NCBI GenBank assembly: GCA_012295275.1
Contig: CM022665.1
Span: 46,996,001-47,060,000 of the forward strand
DNA from: Chrysomallon squamiferum
Lineage: Eukaryota > Animalia > Mollusca
Length of the DNA stretch: 64,000 nucleotides
Reading direction: 5' to 3'
Shown: piece by piece, positions 12,484-25,352 of the stretch
Layout of the letters: each line of letters begins with the position of its first letter
Numbering within the stretch: the first letter of the stretch is position 1
The notes under the pieces: model-generated
What the model saw: the letters and a program-made list of their open reading frames with translations, nothing else
What the model was told of the DNA's origin: nothing
Databases searched by the model: none
Program-made: the position numbers and the translations under genes

Positions 12484-15199
12484 TGATGAATGTTACGAAA
12501 AACAAAACACATTACAAAATATTAAATTTATTTTTGTTTGTTATTCTTTACACACACACACACACACACACACACATATTTTATCATTTTATTAAAATTT
12601 GACAAATCTTTCTCACAAGTTCCAGATCTTGGGGTTTATTGTTTATTACATATCAACTAAATAGTTACGTTTTACAAATTTATAGTATTTTGTATATATA
12701 TAATTTTTCTTCTTATTATTTTAATTTAAAAAGTCTCTGTTTAATTTACACAGGACCTGACATCTTTATCTCCTAATCACCCAAGATTACATTCAGAAAT
12801 GGATGGGAATCGAGTGAAAAACAGATACGTCAACATTCTACCATGTATGTAGAACTAGTTAGAATCATTCTGAGAATTTATATTTGAAAATTTTACTAAC
12901 TTAAATAGAAAAAACATGTAGATATTGTCTTAGTCAAGTATGACATAAAAAATAAAAATAAAAAAACGTGTGTAAAAATCTAGATGAAAATGACAAAGTG
13001 ATTCAGATCTATGTGGCTCACTGAATAATTATTATGAAAGTATATTAACAGAATTTTGTCCCTTCATTTTTCTGTATTGGTGTAATAATGATCCAAATGG
13101 AAGCTTGATATTTCTTCTTGTGGTAACAAAGATAAACATATATGCAAACATCATTAAACTGCCTTCCTGTTTCAATTAGTTATTAAAATTTGTTTGAAAG
13201 TAATTAGCAAAATAAATAACTCTCTCTCTCTCTCTCTCTGGAAAGTGAGTGTGGAATCTAAGGATATAATTATTGTTGATAGGAATCCTTCGACTCACAG
13301 CCTTAATATCATCACATTTCAGTGAAGACCAAAAAGATATTTAATTTTCTCTGAAAAACAGTTTATTTATTTTTTACTTTTGCTGTTTCAGTTGACCACA
13401 GTCGAGTGAAGCTGCTGCCACTGGACGAGGATCCAGAGAGAGATGACTCCTCCGACTACATCAATGCCAACTACATCCCCGTGAGTGAATGTTTCTTAAC
13501 TTTCCATCCTGTTCAAACTACTTTAAGAAAAACTCTGAAGTTAAATGGTAAACTTCTTTAAGGTACTGGCTGATCAAAGAGATCTGATACCAACTTTGGT
13601 TCCAGAAGTCAGTGTAGAAATATTCTATTTATTCTTCAAATTAAAAATTAAAATTAAACAAAATAAAAATTAAATCATCTTTTCTGATAACTCTTCTTAT
13701 ATGGGTTGCTAGAGATGTAACCGTTTTTGCCTGATGCATTTTAAAATTTTAAAATAAATTTTAATAATTCAAAAATAAATATATTTTACACGGATTTATT
13801 TTTTAAATTATTTCTCTAGTCATTATTTGTAAGCACTGGATGACACCTAATAACTGTCAGTGTTATTCTTTACTCAACATCTTTCACTTTTTTTTTTACT
13901 ACTGTACAGATACAGCTACTTTATTTTAAATTCAGTGAACAAATGATGTAATTTGTTTCAAGGGCTACAAAGGACCTCGTGAATACATTGCTACCCAGGG
14001 ACCCATGACAGGCACAATTGCTGATTTCTGGAGAATGATGTGGGAACAGCACTCCACCCTTATTGTGATGCTGTCAGATCTCCAGGAGAAAGGAAAGGTC
14101 TGGATGAAACATTATTTTCTTATTTTTAATATTGACACTAATAAGACGTGGCATATTTTAGAAATTATAAATGTATTGAACAGCAACATAAATAGTCTTG
14201 TATTTTTATCCAAAATAACTTCATTGGATAGAAGATATAACAGATTAAATTTGACATTCTGACATATTATTATCTTTTTTTTTTTTGAATCTCTCAATTA
14301 ATTTACTTGGAGATAATGCAGAAAGGGGTTTCTTTTTTGATTGTTTAAATGGTTATGATTTTCATTTCAGTCCATAAATCAGTGGGTAGTAATGACTTGA
14401 GACAAAAACATAATTTTATCATTTGATTTCAGACTTTCACCACATTCATCTTGATCAGAGTGTTATGTTCAACTTCTTGTGCTTATTATAAACACTTGGC
14501 TATTGGGTCTTCTCTAATCATCATCATCATCATCATCATTATTATTAATATTATTATTATTATTATTTTAAACATATCATATTGGCTTTGTTATTTGGTT
14601 TATTATGAGACTATAGGCACATAAAGATGATTGTTTTATGGTATTCTGCAGCCCAAGGTAGATCAGTACTGGCCAGGAAATCTCTATGAACCTGTCAATT
14701 ATGGTGAGATAACTCTGGAATTGACAAGTATGTCTACAATGAACAAATTCACCATTCGAATTTTCAAAATGACTTTGGTAATAATTTACTTTTTTTGTTG
14801 TTGATATTTTTTTTTTATTTTTTTTTTTTTGTCCTTAAATAATTTTATTTGCTGCCAAATCATTTAAATGGATTAACTTGTAAATTATTTCTTATAAAAG
14901 AATTTCTAATTATGAGAAAAATCAACAAAAAATATTAATTACATATTGCTGTACAGAAAAATGTACAGATAACTGAAAGAACAAGTTTTAAGAAAAAAAA
15001 AAAAAAAAAAAAACAAGCTGCAGTAATTACATTTTTCTTAAAAACTACTTTTCGCTACTACACTTTTAAATATTTATCATTTGAAATTTATTTTTATTTT
15101 TTCTTTGGTGGGATCTGACTAATAATAATATACTAAGAGTACAAAGCACCAAACAATCATGGTGTACTGTATACATGCATCCATTACTATTACTCTTAC

Positions 15200-15250
<51 letters not shown>

Positions 15251-16866
15251 TATTATTGTCATCATCTGATCAGGGCAAAGAGGAGAGACTGGTTCGACAG
15301 TATTTCATTCCTGGCTGGGAGGACTACAGCGCCAACCTGACACCAGAAGATGTCATAAACTTTATTCAGACAATTCGTAGAGAAATTCGACCCACATCTG
15401 ACTGTGGACCTATTGTAGTCCACTGCAGGTCAGTGGTTTAATATATTCACCTACCAGTTCTCAATCTTATGGTCATATAGAGCAGGGTTTCAATATACGA
15501 GAGTGTCTCTTTCATAATACATAAAAAACAGTGGATTAAAATCAAAAGTTTGTTGAATATTTTTTTTTTATCAATGCCTTTTCATTTCTATTCAGGTTGC
15601 TGAATTTCAGTTAGAATGTTTCATTTACAATTGCTGGTGTTTGTAAATAAGTAAAAAAATTATGTTATTAATAAATATATTGCCACTTACAGTCCTGATG
15701 TTGTGAATATGTAAGAGATAATTATAAATAAATATACTGTTACTTACAGTGGTGGTGTTGTAAACATGCTACAGATAATTATAAATAAATATACTGTTAC
15801 TTACAGTGCTGTCAACATGCAACAGATAATTATAAATAAATATACTGTTACTTACAGTGCTGGTGTTGTAAACATGCAACAGATAATTATAAATAAATGT
15901 ACTGTTACTTACAGTGCTGGTGTTGGAAGATCAGGGACTTTCATAGCTCTTGATGTCTTCCAGCAGTGGGTTGATGAACATGGACTTGATGATGAACTTG
16001 ACGTGTTTGAGTATGTTCTGAAAATGAGAAACAACAGACAACATATGGTGCAAACTGAGGTAAATGCATAATCCTATGTATGTGTGTGTCTGTGTGTGTG
16101 TGTGTTTGCACTTACTGATTAATGGATCACTATTACTGTGAGCAGTCAAGCACATGAATTGCAATGCTGAAAATCTACAATGACAAGACTACAAAAAGTT
16201 TCTGATTTAAAAGAAACTGCGACATTAAAACACGAGTTATCCTTTAGAAGACAAGTTTTACACTTCGACGTTACTTCATCAAAAATAAATTTATTGCTAA
16301 TCTAACAAACCATTCGTACAGTCTGCTCTCATTTACGAATCTTATTTTACTTAGCATTTTCACACCTTTGTTAAATCATTTTACAGAAACAGTACATCTT
16401 CATCCATGACACTTTGAATGTGATGATAGAAAAGAGGAAGAGTTTCCTGAGTCCACCTGACGACAACATCTACGCAAACAAAGATATGTTTGACAACAAA
16501 GCCTTTGGTAAGTATTTCTCATTATTTTTGTTTTTTTGAAGGAATTTGTGGGTTTTATTTAGTGTTTGACAAGATACAATATTTTCATTTGTTTAAACTA
16601 TGCTGGTACGTACTTCTGGTTTTATGGGGTTTCTTTTTCAAAAAAGAAATTGGGTTCATTTTAATTTGGAGACAAAACATCTCAAATTTGCATTGGTCTC
16701 AATTACATTGATATGATTTTCCCAGGCATCAAACCCAAAAATAATATTTTATATACATTGGTGTCTCATTACTTTTTTATCACTGTTTACAGAGCCTGAA
16801 GAAGAGAATCTTTATCAGAATGTACAACAAATAAAGACTCCTAACACACCAACAACAGTGCTGTAA
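271..16866 (+). CDS. Receptor-type protein tyrosine phosphatase A (R3-like; FN3 + EB/EGF-like ectodomain, TM, single PTP domain), 5'-partial, 26 exons seen
   Basis: Phase-consistent GT-AG exons: 271-555, 1600-1737, 2232-2516, 3332-3628, 4194-4372, 4741-4942, 5919-6089, 6585-6716, 7201-7343, 7537-7635, 8445-8508, 8776-8934, 9749-9874, 10242-10344, 10539-10609, 11296-11395 (TM GLIVGIVIAVIVILALVVVIVFLI-RRRRR), 11761-11826, 12145-12226, 12754-12844 (KNRY), 13392-13480 (DYINANY), 13963-14097 (YIATQGP, DFWRMMWEQ), 14652-14777 (YWP), 15274-15428 (WED, PIVVHC), 15915-16059 (SAGVGRSG, MVQT), 16387-16507 (QYIFIH), 16793-16866 (stop TAA). The juxtamembrane FCNGPL motif resembles the R3 membrane-proximal domain. 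Confidence 0.93.
7627..7870 (+). repeat. Degenerate ~39-bp minisatellite derived from the exon/donor junction
   Basis: GGAAGTA cores at 7713, 7752, 7791 and 7831. The unit ACATTTTCT-GGAAGTA-nnn-TATAACT matches the real junction ACATTTTCT|GTAAGTA-TGG-TTATAACT at 7627-7653. Confidence 0.7.
12387..12483. repeat. (AG)n microsatellite (shorter paralogous copy at ~55912-55971)
   Basis: Direct reading of the dinucleotide run. Confidence 0.95.
15670..15924 (+). repeat. 57-bp minisatellite containing repeated splice acceptors (5 acceptor-like AGs)
   Basis: CTTACAG ends at 15692, 15749, 15806, 15857 and 15914 (spacings 57, 57, 51, 57). Confidence 0.92.
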
Positions 16867-17349
16867 GCCTACAGTGCAGGATGTATGTGATGGGATTTTC
16901 TTAAATCATGACTGAAGTAACTGTACATTCCAGGAACTTGTGTTTACTGATATACAACTGTTTATTTTTTGAAACAGATTAAAAAAAAAAAAAAAAGTAC
17001 AGTTATTTAATCAGAAAAAAGGACGAATATAATGGTTTTGTGCATAATACCAATATTTTTACTTTGTTAAACAAAAAAAAAAAAAAAAAAACCTGATTTC
17101 TTGGGATGTAGTATTAATATGGTTGTAGTGATTCAAAGCACAGAATATTTCATTGTGATCATTATTTTTATACAAATATACCTCTTTCTGCAAGAATTAT
17201 CCTATCATTTCTTGGTGCAAAAAAATATATATTTTTTTAAAAATGTGAATTCCTGTTCATTTCTATTGTTTAAAAGCCATGCATCTTTTTGAAACTTGAT
17301 TTATAAATCAAAATAAATTATGAAAACTTGCTGACACAATCAAATTTGC

Positions 17350-17492
17350 AAAATGACTTACACTGAAGTATTTTTCAGTATTTCCTTAAAAATGACTTAC
17401 ACTGGAATATTTTTCACTATTTCCTTAAAAATGACTTACACTGAAGTATTTTTCACTATTTCCTTAAAAATGACTTACACTGAAGTATTTTT
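17350..17492 (+). repeat. 39-bp VNTR in the 3' region of RPTP-A (3 full units + partial)
   Basis: AAAATGACTTACACTG(A/G)A(G/A)TATTTTTCACTATTTCCTTA units start at 17350, 17389, 17428 and 17467. Confidence 0.9.
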
Positions 17493-18444
17493 TCATCAAA
17501 TCCTTTACTGAGTGTACAGCGTCATAAACCTTTTAATTCATTCTTTTTTTTTCACAAACTAATCAAACACAGGATGAGAAATACTTCAGTGACTTGGTGA
17601 CAAAAAGAAGAAAATTACAAAAACAACTTATCAACCTGTAGTAGTAAAAAAAAAAAATAATAATAATTTTTAAAAATGTTTAAAATGTCATTAGTAGAGA
17701 TAAATTAACAATTTTTGAAACTTGAAACTGAAATTCAGAATCGCCATTATTTTCATCATTGCTAGAACATTTTTAATTTGCAGAAATGTATATGCATATC
17801 ATCACATTGTTATATGATGTGAAATGTGATTGAAAAACAAGAGACTATATACAGATATATATATATATATATATATAGATATTGGCAAAATCTGCTAATT
17901 TATAGACAGCTGGTACAAATATATTACAAAATAATAAAATCTGCAAAACATCCAAACCAAATTAGTAAATGACTTAGATGTACATAATAATAATAATAAT
18001 AATAATAATGATAATAATAATAATAATAATAATAACAAAAACAATAATACTGATGATAATGATACTACTACTACTACTACTAATAATAATAATAATAATA
18101 ACAACAACAAAAACAATAATACTGATGATAATGATAATAACAATAATAATAATAATAATAATGTCATAATAATAATAACACAGTTGATTACATAATTCTC
18201 TTTACTTAGATGCTTATATAATTAATTACAGCTATGCTGTAATATATCAACAGTAACATTATATCCAAAATAATAAGTTATTATTATAAGTTTTGGTATA
18301 GTTATATCTTTATCATAAGATATAAAAATCTATAAAGTGATGAAGGAAATGTCTGAAATTGTTATGCTAATGATTCAAAAAACATTAACAGAATATCAAA
18401 AATAGTTTTCATGTAAAATAATTTTCCAAAGCATTTGTTTTTTC

Positions 18445-18496
<52 letters not shown>

Positions 18497-18867
18497 GGAG
18501 AAAAAAAAAAAAAAAAAACAAAGAAAGAAAATGAAACAAATTGTGAAATTGATTGCTAAACTTTTAAAATAAATATTTCTTCTTCTTCTTCTTATTATTA
18601 TTATTATTTTTATTATAATATATAATTTTTAATATCTCATATTTGTTATATAATAGTTGTATCTGTTAACTTGTTTTATCTGCTAATATATTACTTATTT
18701 TGTTATTGTTTTGATTACTGACCCCTAAAACTTATTTCATAATCAGAAAAGAAAATTTATTTATCATATCCTCATTAACTATGCAGTGATTTTGATCTAT
18801 GCACACAAATATATATATATTTTCTATTTTTCTATGTTATTTTTATGCTTGATATATTCATATACAG

Positions 18868-18901
<34 letters not shown>

Positions 18902-20095
18902 ATTTTTAATATATATTAACTTAGAGAATTCCTTTTATTGATAGTTGCTTTCATAACAATTGTATCATTTATACAAATTTTGATTTTCAGATACGATTTA
19001 TTTTTTAATTTTGATTGTACTGTATGCATTTGAAATTAGTAGTATAACTGATCAGTCTAGTGCTTGAGAGATCCCTGACAAAAACTACTTATAAAGAGGT
19101 GGATTTTCAATTAAATATATAACACCTCAGTTTTACATATATGGCATATTTTTAATTTTGTTCATATTTAGAAATGAAAAGTTTCATATATATCAAATCT
19201 GTTTAGAGAAAAAAACAAAACAAAAGTAAAAACAGTGTAAAATTTCCCAATACAGCAATAAAATATTTTTTTTTTTTTTTTTTTTTTTTTTTGCTAATGT
19301 CTCACATTATAAAAACTTATTTCTTTTACATATTTCTTTTAAATGCTTCTTGAGGATTCAACTTTCAAAAGCATCTTTATTTTCAAGCTAATAAGTTTAT
19401 ATAATAATTTTATTCAAATGATCTCTAATTATTGTGTAGACGATATGTCTCATTTATGAATTTGTATTGTGAATTATTTTATTTATCAGTTGATTTGTTT
19501 CAAACGCTAACAAAATGTACTTTTACGAAACATTTTGCATTGCAGTGTGAAGATTAACAAACAAATTGAACATGATCTTAAATATTAGTTGTTTTTCTTT
19601 TGTTTTTTGGGGGTGATTTTTTAAATTTATTAATTTATTATTTTTGTTTGTTTGTTTGTTTGTTGCATTTCTTCTTCTTCTTCATTTTTTAAATGAAGAA
19701 ACCTGCCAAAACAATCACACAAACACACTTAAAAAAAAAAGAAAACAATACTAATTGAGGAAATTAAAAGAAAAATCGCAGATTTTAACATTATACATAA
19801 TAATTTTAGTAATTCTTCATGTTAATTAAGTAGAATTATAATGTGCAGATCTGTAATTTTTTAATAAATTGTTCTTATTATGTATGTCTTATTATAACCA
19901 GAGGTTGCAGAACTTAGGTAAAACATAACACATATTTGTGCACTTCATTATCAATAATAATTAAGAGAATTATAATGATAAAAAAAAAAGATAAAAAAAA
20001 AGCTTTTTGAGATACATATATATATATTTTTTTATTTGTGTACTTACAGGTAGAATATGTTAATACAATTTTAGAACTAAACGCTTTTACTGTTT

Positions 20096-20101
20096 AATAA
20101 A
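20096..20101 (+). promoter_or_regulatory. Candidate polyadenylation signal for RPTP-A
   Basis: AATAAA followed by a GT/T-rich tract (TTGTTTGTTGTTTATTTCTGTT). AATAAA is common in this AT-rich DNA, so this is weak. Confidence 0.3.
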
Positions 20102-20327
20102 TTGTTTGTTGTTTATTTCTGTTCAGTTTTTCATTATTTAATTTAAAATAGTGAACTATTATTATTATTATTATCACAAACTTATGCCGCTATAATGCAT
20201 GTATCATAAATACAACAAGATGGCAATTTGGAAGAATAACCATAAAAGATGATGAAAATAATAATAATTATATAATATCACCAAATCCATACAATGGCAC
20301 ATGATAACCAAGTAATATTCAATAAAT

Positions 20328-20597
20328 CAGTAGCATGGAGGGGGTATCGAAGGTGCGGCATGCAACGGGCATCCAAATGGGGTGGGGCATCCAATCAGAG
20401 AAAATAATTTAATAAATTTTGTTGATTTATATTTAAATCGAATAAAGTGTTTATTTTATGTTTCATCTGTGTTTACATATTCAAAATACCTTCCTTTCTC
20501 ATAGTATTTCTCAGTACTAGGCCTTACAGTTGAGTCTTTGGGGGCCATACAATCAAGGAGCTGACCCTGGGCAACACCAGATCTCTGCACGCCACTG
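20328..20597. mobile_element. Putative non-autonomous DNA transposon (MITE, hAT-like CAG...CTG termini), ~270 bp
   Basis: Left end CAGTAGCATGGAG vs reverse complement of right end CAGTGGCGTGCAG (10/13). GC-richer subterminal blocks with repeated GGGCATCCAA. An 8-bp TSD is only weakly supported (CAATAAAT / CTTATAAT). Confidence 0.5.
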
Positions 20598-21386
20598 CTT
20601 ATAATCTATCTCAAAAATGAAATCAGTTGTTTTAGTTGAGAGGGAGTGAAAAGATTAACATGGTAATCAGAGCTAGCTGTTATGAAGCACGTCTGCGACT
20701 GGCACGCTCTCTGAAAAAGCCAGAGACTGTGTCTGTCTCCTTAATGACCTCTGCTCCAAAATAAAAAAATAAAATAAAATAAAACAAAAAATAAAAAATA
20801 AAATAAAGCCAGGTTTCTCCAATTTAATGGTTACAAACTACGCATGTATGTTTATTTCTGATGGGTTCTGACACGGGTGGGTGGGGGGTAAAACATTGCC
20901 AAATTGAAAAAGTTAATACATTTATCTTATAAAACATTAAAAGTTCAGTTAGTTTATTAGTCACGCTTAAAATAAACCAGTGTGAAAATTTTGATTAAGG
21001 TAAAAATGTAGTTAGGAGAGGTGTTCCACAGCATAATTTTGTATCATGAACAATCATCCACACCTTTTTTTGTGTGTAAATAATAAATATTAAAAATATA
21101 CAGAAAATCGACGTAAAATTGTTGGATGTGGAATGTTTAAAACCCCGATTTGGCGGTTTCCGAGCGTACACGGAAATTTCCAATCAAAATTTAATATGGC
21201 GGCGTCTGAAGCTTGCCGGTGCTTACGAACTTTTAAACATATATTCCTTCTTGATGCAATGAGATCCACATGGATTATTAACGTAATTTTTAAAATATAT
21301 ATATATATTTCTTTTTATCAAATATTATTACGACGTCGCCAGAAAAAAAAAAAAAAAAAATAATAAAAACAAAAAACAACATGAAC

Positions 21387-21451
<65 letters not shown>

Positions 21452-22070
21452 TTAAAAAAAATAAAAAATAATAAATTAAATAAATAAACAAAAACAAAAA
21501 CAAAATATTTTTCACAGACATTGGCGCGTAAATATGAAGATGACTATTCTCATTAGGTACCTTAATGTTAATCTGCCAAAACTCCATAGCGGACAGTTCT
21601 GAGTGTTTCGGATATAATTAACATCTACGGCCGATGTTTCCCGAATGGTGTGGCCGAAGTTTCCCGAAAGAGAATGTGTTACTGTATGCATAAAACTATC
21701 GTTACATTAGATTTTAAGTTGATATTACGGGGGGAAAAAAAAATTTTACGTATATTACTTTGCAACTACAACCGAATTCGAAAATCAGTAATAATCAAAT
21801 TTCAGTGGACAGTTTTATTTCATGCAGGCATTTATGTTTAATAATCTATATAAGCTCTCCAAATTAAAGTTTTGAACATATAATGTAAAAGTAACAGAGT
21901 TTTAACACAAATAATAGTCATACAGTGAAGGTACAAAATGTTTACAAGATATTTAGATTGAAGTCTGATGTAAAACATACGAAATATAGATTTATTTTAA
22001 ATAATTCCAGAAACAGAAAACACAGGTAGGCATTATGTAAACGTTATATGGAAGACGTTGCTGATTTCAG

Positions 22071-22144
22071 TGACGTCCGATGTCACAGTATAAAAGCGAC
22101 GTCAACAATGCAATGACGTGACTCCGGTAAATAACTTCGTAAGT
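22071..22144 (+). promoter_or_regulatory. Candidate TATA/CRE core promoter with a short first exon
   Basis: TGACGTC 22071-22077, TATAAAA 22089-22095, GACGTCA 22098-22104, TGACGT 22114-22119, consensus donor GTAAGT 22139-22144; CpG-enriched relative to the flanks. Confidence 0.35.
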
Positions 22145-22546
22145 GACAGGACTTGCACAATTTTGAATTTTTTTGTACTCGAAATATATTTTTCAAACAC
22201 TTCATTACATTTTTGGAGTACAGTAAAATTATTTTTTTTTTTCAGATTTTGAGGACATAATCCACACAAATTTTAAATTTTATAGATGTTACAACATTGG
22301 GGTTCTTGATCGGAAACATTCACATTTGGCATTCAGGATATCTTTATCAAACTTGGTAGGTAAGTTTCACAAATGTACATTCCGATCTTTTTGTTTTGGC
22401 GAACCGTCTAAATTTGTGTCAAAATTTTGGTTTAAATTGATAAATTTTCGCCAACGCTTTTGAAACTAATAGTAAAACTAACATAGAGAGAGAGAGAGAA
22501 AAAAAAAAAAGAAAAAAAAAAAGAAAAAAGAGACAAAAACAATAAT

Positions 22547-22598
22547 AATGATAATAATAGGAAACAAATAAATCATAACCCACAATCATTCGCCACCA

Positions 22599-22652
<54 letters not shown>

Positions 22653-23929
22653 TTAATAATAATAATAACAATAGGAAGAAGAAGAAGAAAATGATGAATG
22701 GATGAGAAAAATCAATGTTAATGATAATGATAATAGAAACAACAATAATGGTATATCTATTACTGTATTATATACAACTTCGTCTATTACCGCTACTACT
22801 ACTACTACCACTCCTACTACTACTACTACTACTACTACTAATAATAATAATAATAATAATAATAATATTAATAATAATAATATTAATAATAATAATAACA
22901 ATAGGAAGAAGAAGAAGAAAATGATGAATGGATGAGAAAAATCAATGTTAATGATAATGATAATAGAAACAACAATAATGGTATATCTATTACTGTATTA
23001 TATACAACTTCGTCTATTACCGCTACTACTACTACTACCACTCCTACTACTACTACTACTACTACTACTAATAATAATAATAATAGAAGAAGAGCAATAT
23101 AAATGATAATGATAATAATAAAAACAATAATTTAAAGATACTACTATTATTACTATCATTACTCCTATTTTCACTACTAACAATAATAATAATTACTGCC
23201 ACTATTAGTACTACTACTACTACTACTAATGATGATAAGAAAAAGAAGAAAAGAAACATCATAGCATACTAAACAATAATGATCATAAGAAAAATTGTAT
23301 AAATAGCAACAATGTTAATTGTAACTATGATAATAGTTACAACAGTAACAATAATAATAAGAAGAAGAAGAAGAAGAAGAAGAAAGAAGAATATTAATTC
23401 TAATGAGAATAATATAAACAATAATGTAGTACTACTACTACTGCCACTACCTCTGCTATTACTACTACTAATAAGAAGAAGATGAAGAACAAGAAAAGGA
23501 AAAGAAGAAAAAGAAGAAGAACAATGTTAATAATTATGATAAATGAATCAATAATAACAGTAGTTAATAAGAAGTAGAAAATGAAGAGCAATGAAAATGA
23601 TCATAATAAAACATAATAGTATAAATAGTTAAGGAAGTTGCTGTAGTAGCAGTAGTAATTAAAAGGAGATTAATGTTAATGATAATTATCATAATAGAAA
23701 CAACAGTAATAATAATAATAAGAAGAAGAAGAATATTAATTGTAATGAGAATAATAGAAACAATAAAAACAGTAGTTAATAATAATAAGTAGAAAATGAA
23801 GAGTAATGAAAATGATCATAATAAAACATAATAGTATAAATAGTTATAGATGTTGCTTTAGTAGCAGTAGCAGTAGTAATTAAAAGAAGGAGAGTAATGT
23901 TAATGATAATTATAATAATAGAAACAACC

Positions 23930-23973
<44 letters not shown>

Positions 23974-24470
23974 TATAAAAATAATAATAAGAAGGAGAAG
24001 AAGAAGAAGAAGAAGAAGAAGAAAAAGAAAAACAATATTAATTGTAATGAGAATAACAGAAACAATAAAAACAGTGGTTAATAATAATAAGAAGTAGAAA
24101 ATGAAAAGTAATGAAAATGATCATAATAAAACATAACAGTATAAACAGTTAAGGAAGTTGATGTAGTAGCAGTAGCAGTAGTAATTAAAAGAAGGAGATT
24201 AATGTTAATGTTAATTATGATAATAGAAACAACAGTAATAATAATAATAAGAAGAAGAAGAAGAAGAAGAATATTAATTGTAATGAGAATAATAGAAACA
24301 ATAAAAACAGTAGTTAATAATAATAAGAAGTAGAAAATGAAAAGTAATGAAAATGATCATAATAAAACATAATAGTATAAACAGTTATAGATGTTGCTTT
24401 AGTAGCAGTAGCAGTAGTAATTAAAAGAAGGAGAGTAATGTTAATGATAATTATAATAATAGAAACAACC

Positions 24471-24505
<35 letters not shown>

Positions 24506-24525
24506 TATAAAAATAATAATAATAA

Positions 24526-24556
<31 letters not shown>

Positions 24557-24754
24557 AATTGTAATGAGAATAATAGAAACAATAAAAACAGTAGTTAATA
24601 AGAAGAAGTAGAAAATGAAAAGTAATGAAAATGATCATAATAAAACATAATAGTATAAATAGTTAAGGAAGTTGTTGTAGTAGCAGTAGCAGTGGCACTG
24701 GTAATTAAAAGAAGGAGAGTAATTTTAATGATAATTATGATAATAGAAACAACA

Positions 24755-24806
<52 letters not shown>

Positions 24807-25301
24807 TAAGAAGAAGAAGAAGAATATTAATTGTAATGAGAATAATAGAAACAATAAAAGCAGTAGTTAATAATAATAAGAAGTAGAAAATGAAGAGTAA
24901 TGAAAATGATCATAATAAAACATAATAGTATAAATTGTTATAGATGTTGCTTTAGTAGCAGTAGCAGTAGTAATTAAAAGAAGGAGAGTAATGTTAATGA
25001 TAATTATAATAATAGAAACAACCGTAATGATAATAATAATAATAATTATTATTATTATAAAAATAATAATAAGAAGAAGAAGAAGAAGAAAAAGAAGAAC
25101 AATATTAATTGTAATGAGAATAACAGAAACAATAAAAACAGTAGTTAATAATAATAAAAAGTAGAAAATGAAGAGTAATGAAAATGATCGTAATAAAACA
25201 TAATAGTATAAATTGTTATAGATGTTGCTTTAGTAGCAGTAGCAGTAGTAATTAAAAGAAGGAGATTAATGTTAATGATAATTATGATAATAGAAACAAC
25301 A

Positions 25302-25352
<51 letters not shown>

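Larger units (their letters stand above)
11276..20090 (+). repeat. Segmental duplication/conversion tract, copy 1 (partner 54754-64000)
   Basis: Collinear near-identity of exons, introns and 3' region, starting at ATGAATGATTTTATCTACAG in both copies and running to ACGCTTTTAC (20090 / 64000, the window end). Confidence 0.95.

Noticed and set aside
12251-12512. SLSLSL / RERERE ORFs (also 31262-31459, 55774-56105)
   Set aside because: (AG)n microsatellite artefacts inside introns.
17895-18169. ORFs of poly-L/I/N (also 22653-26042, 35068-35490, 61767-62071)
   Set aside because: Translations of (AAT)n/(TAG)n/(TTTTA)n repeats, with no domain or splice support.
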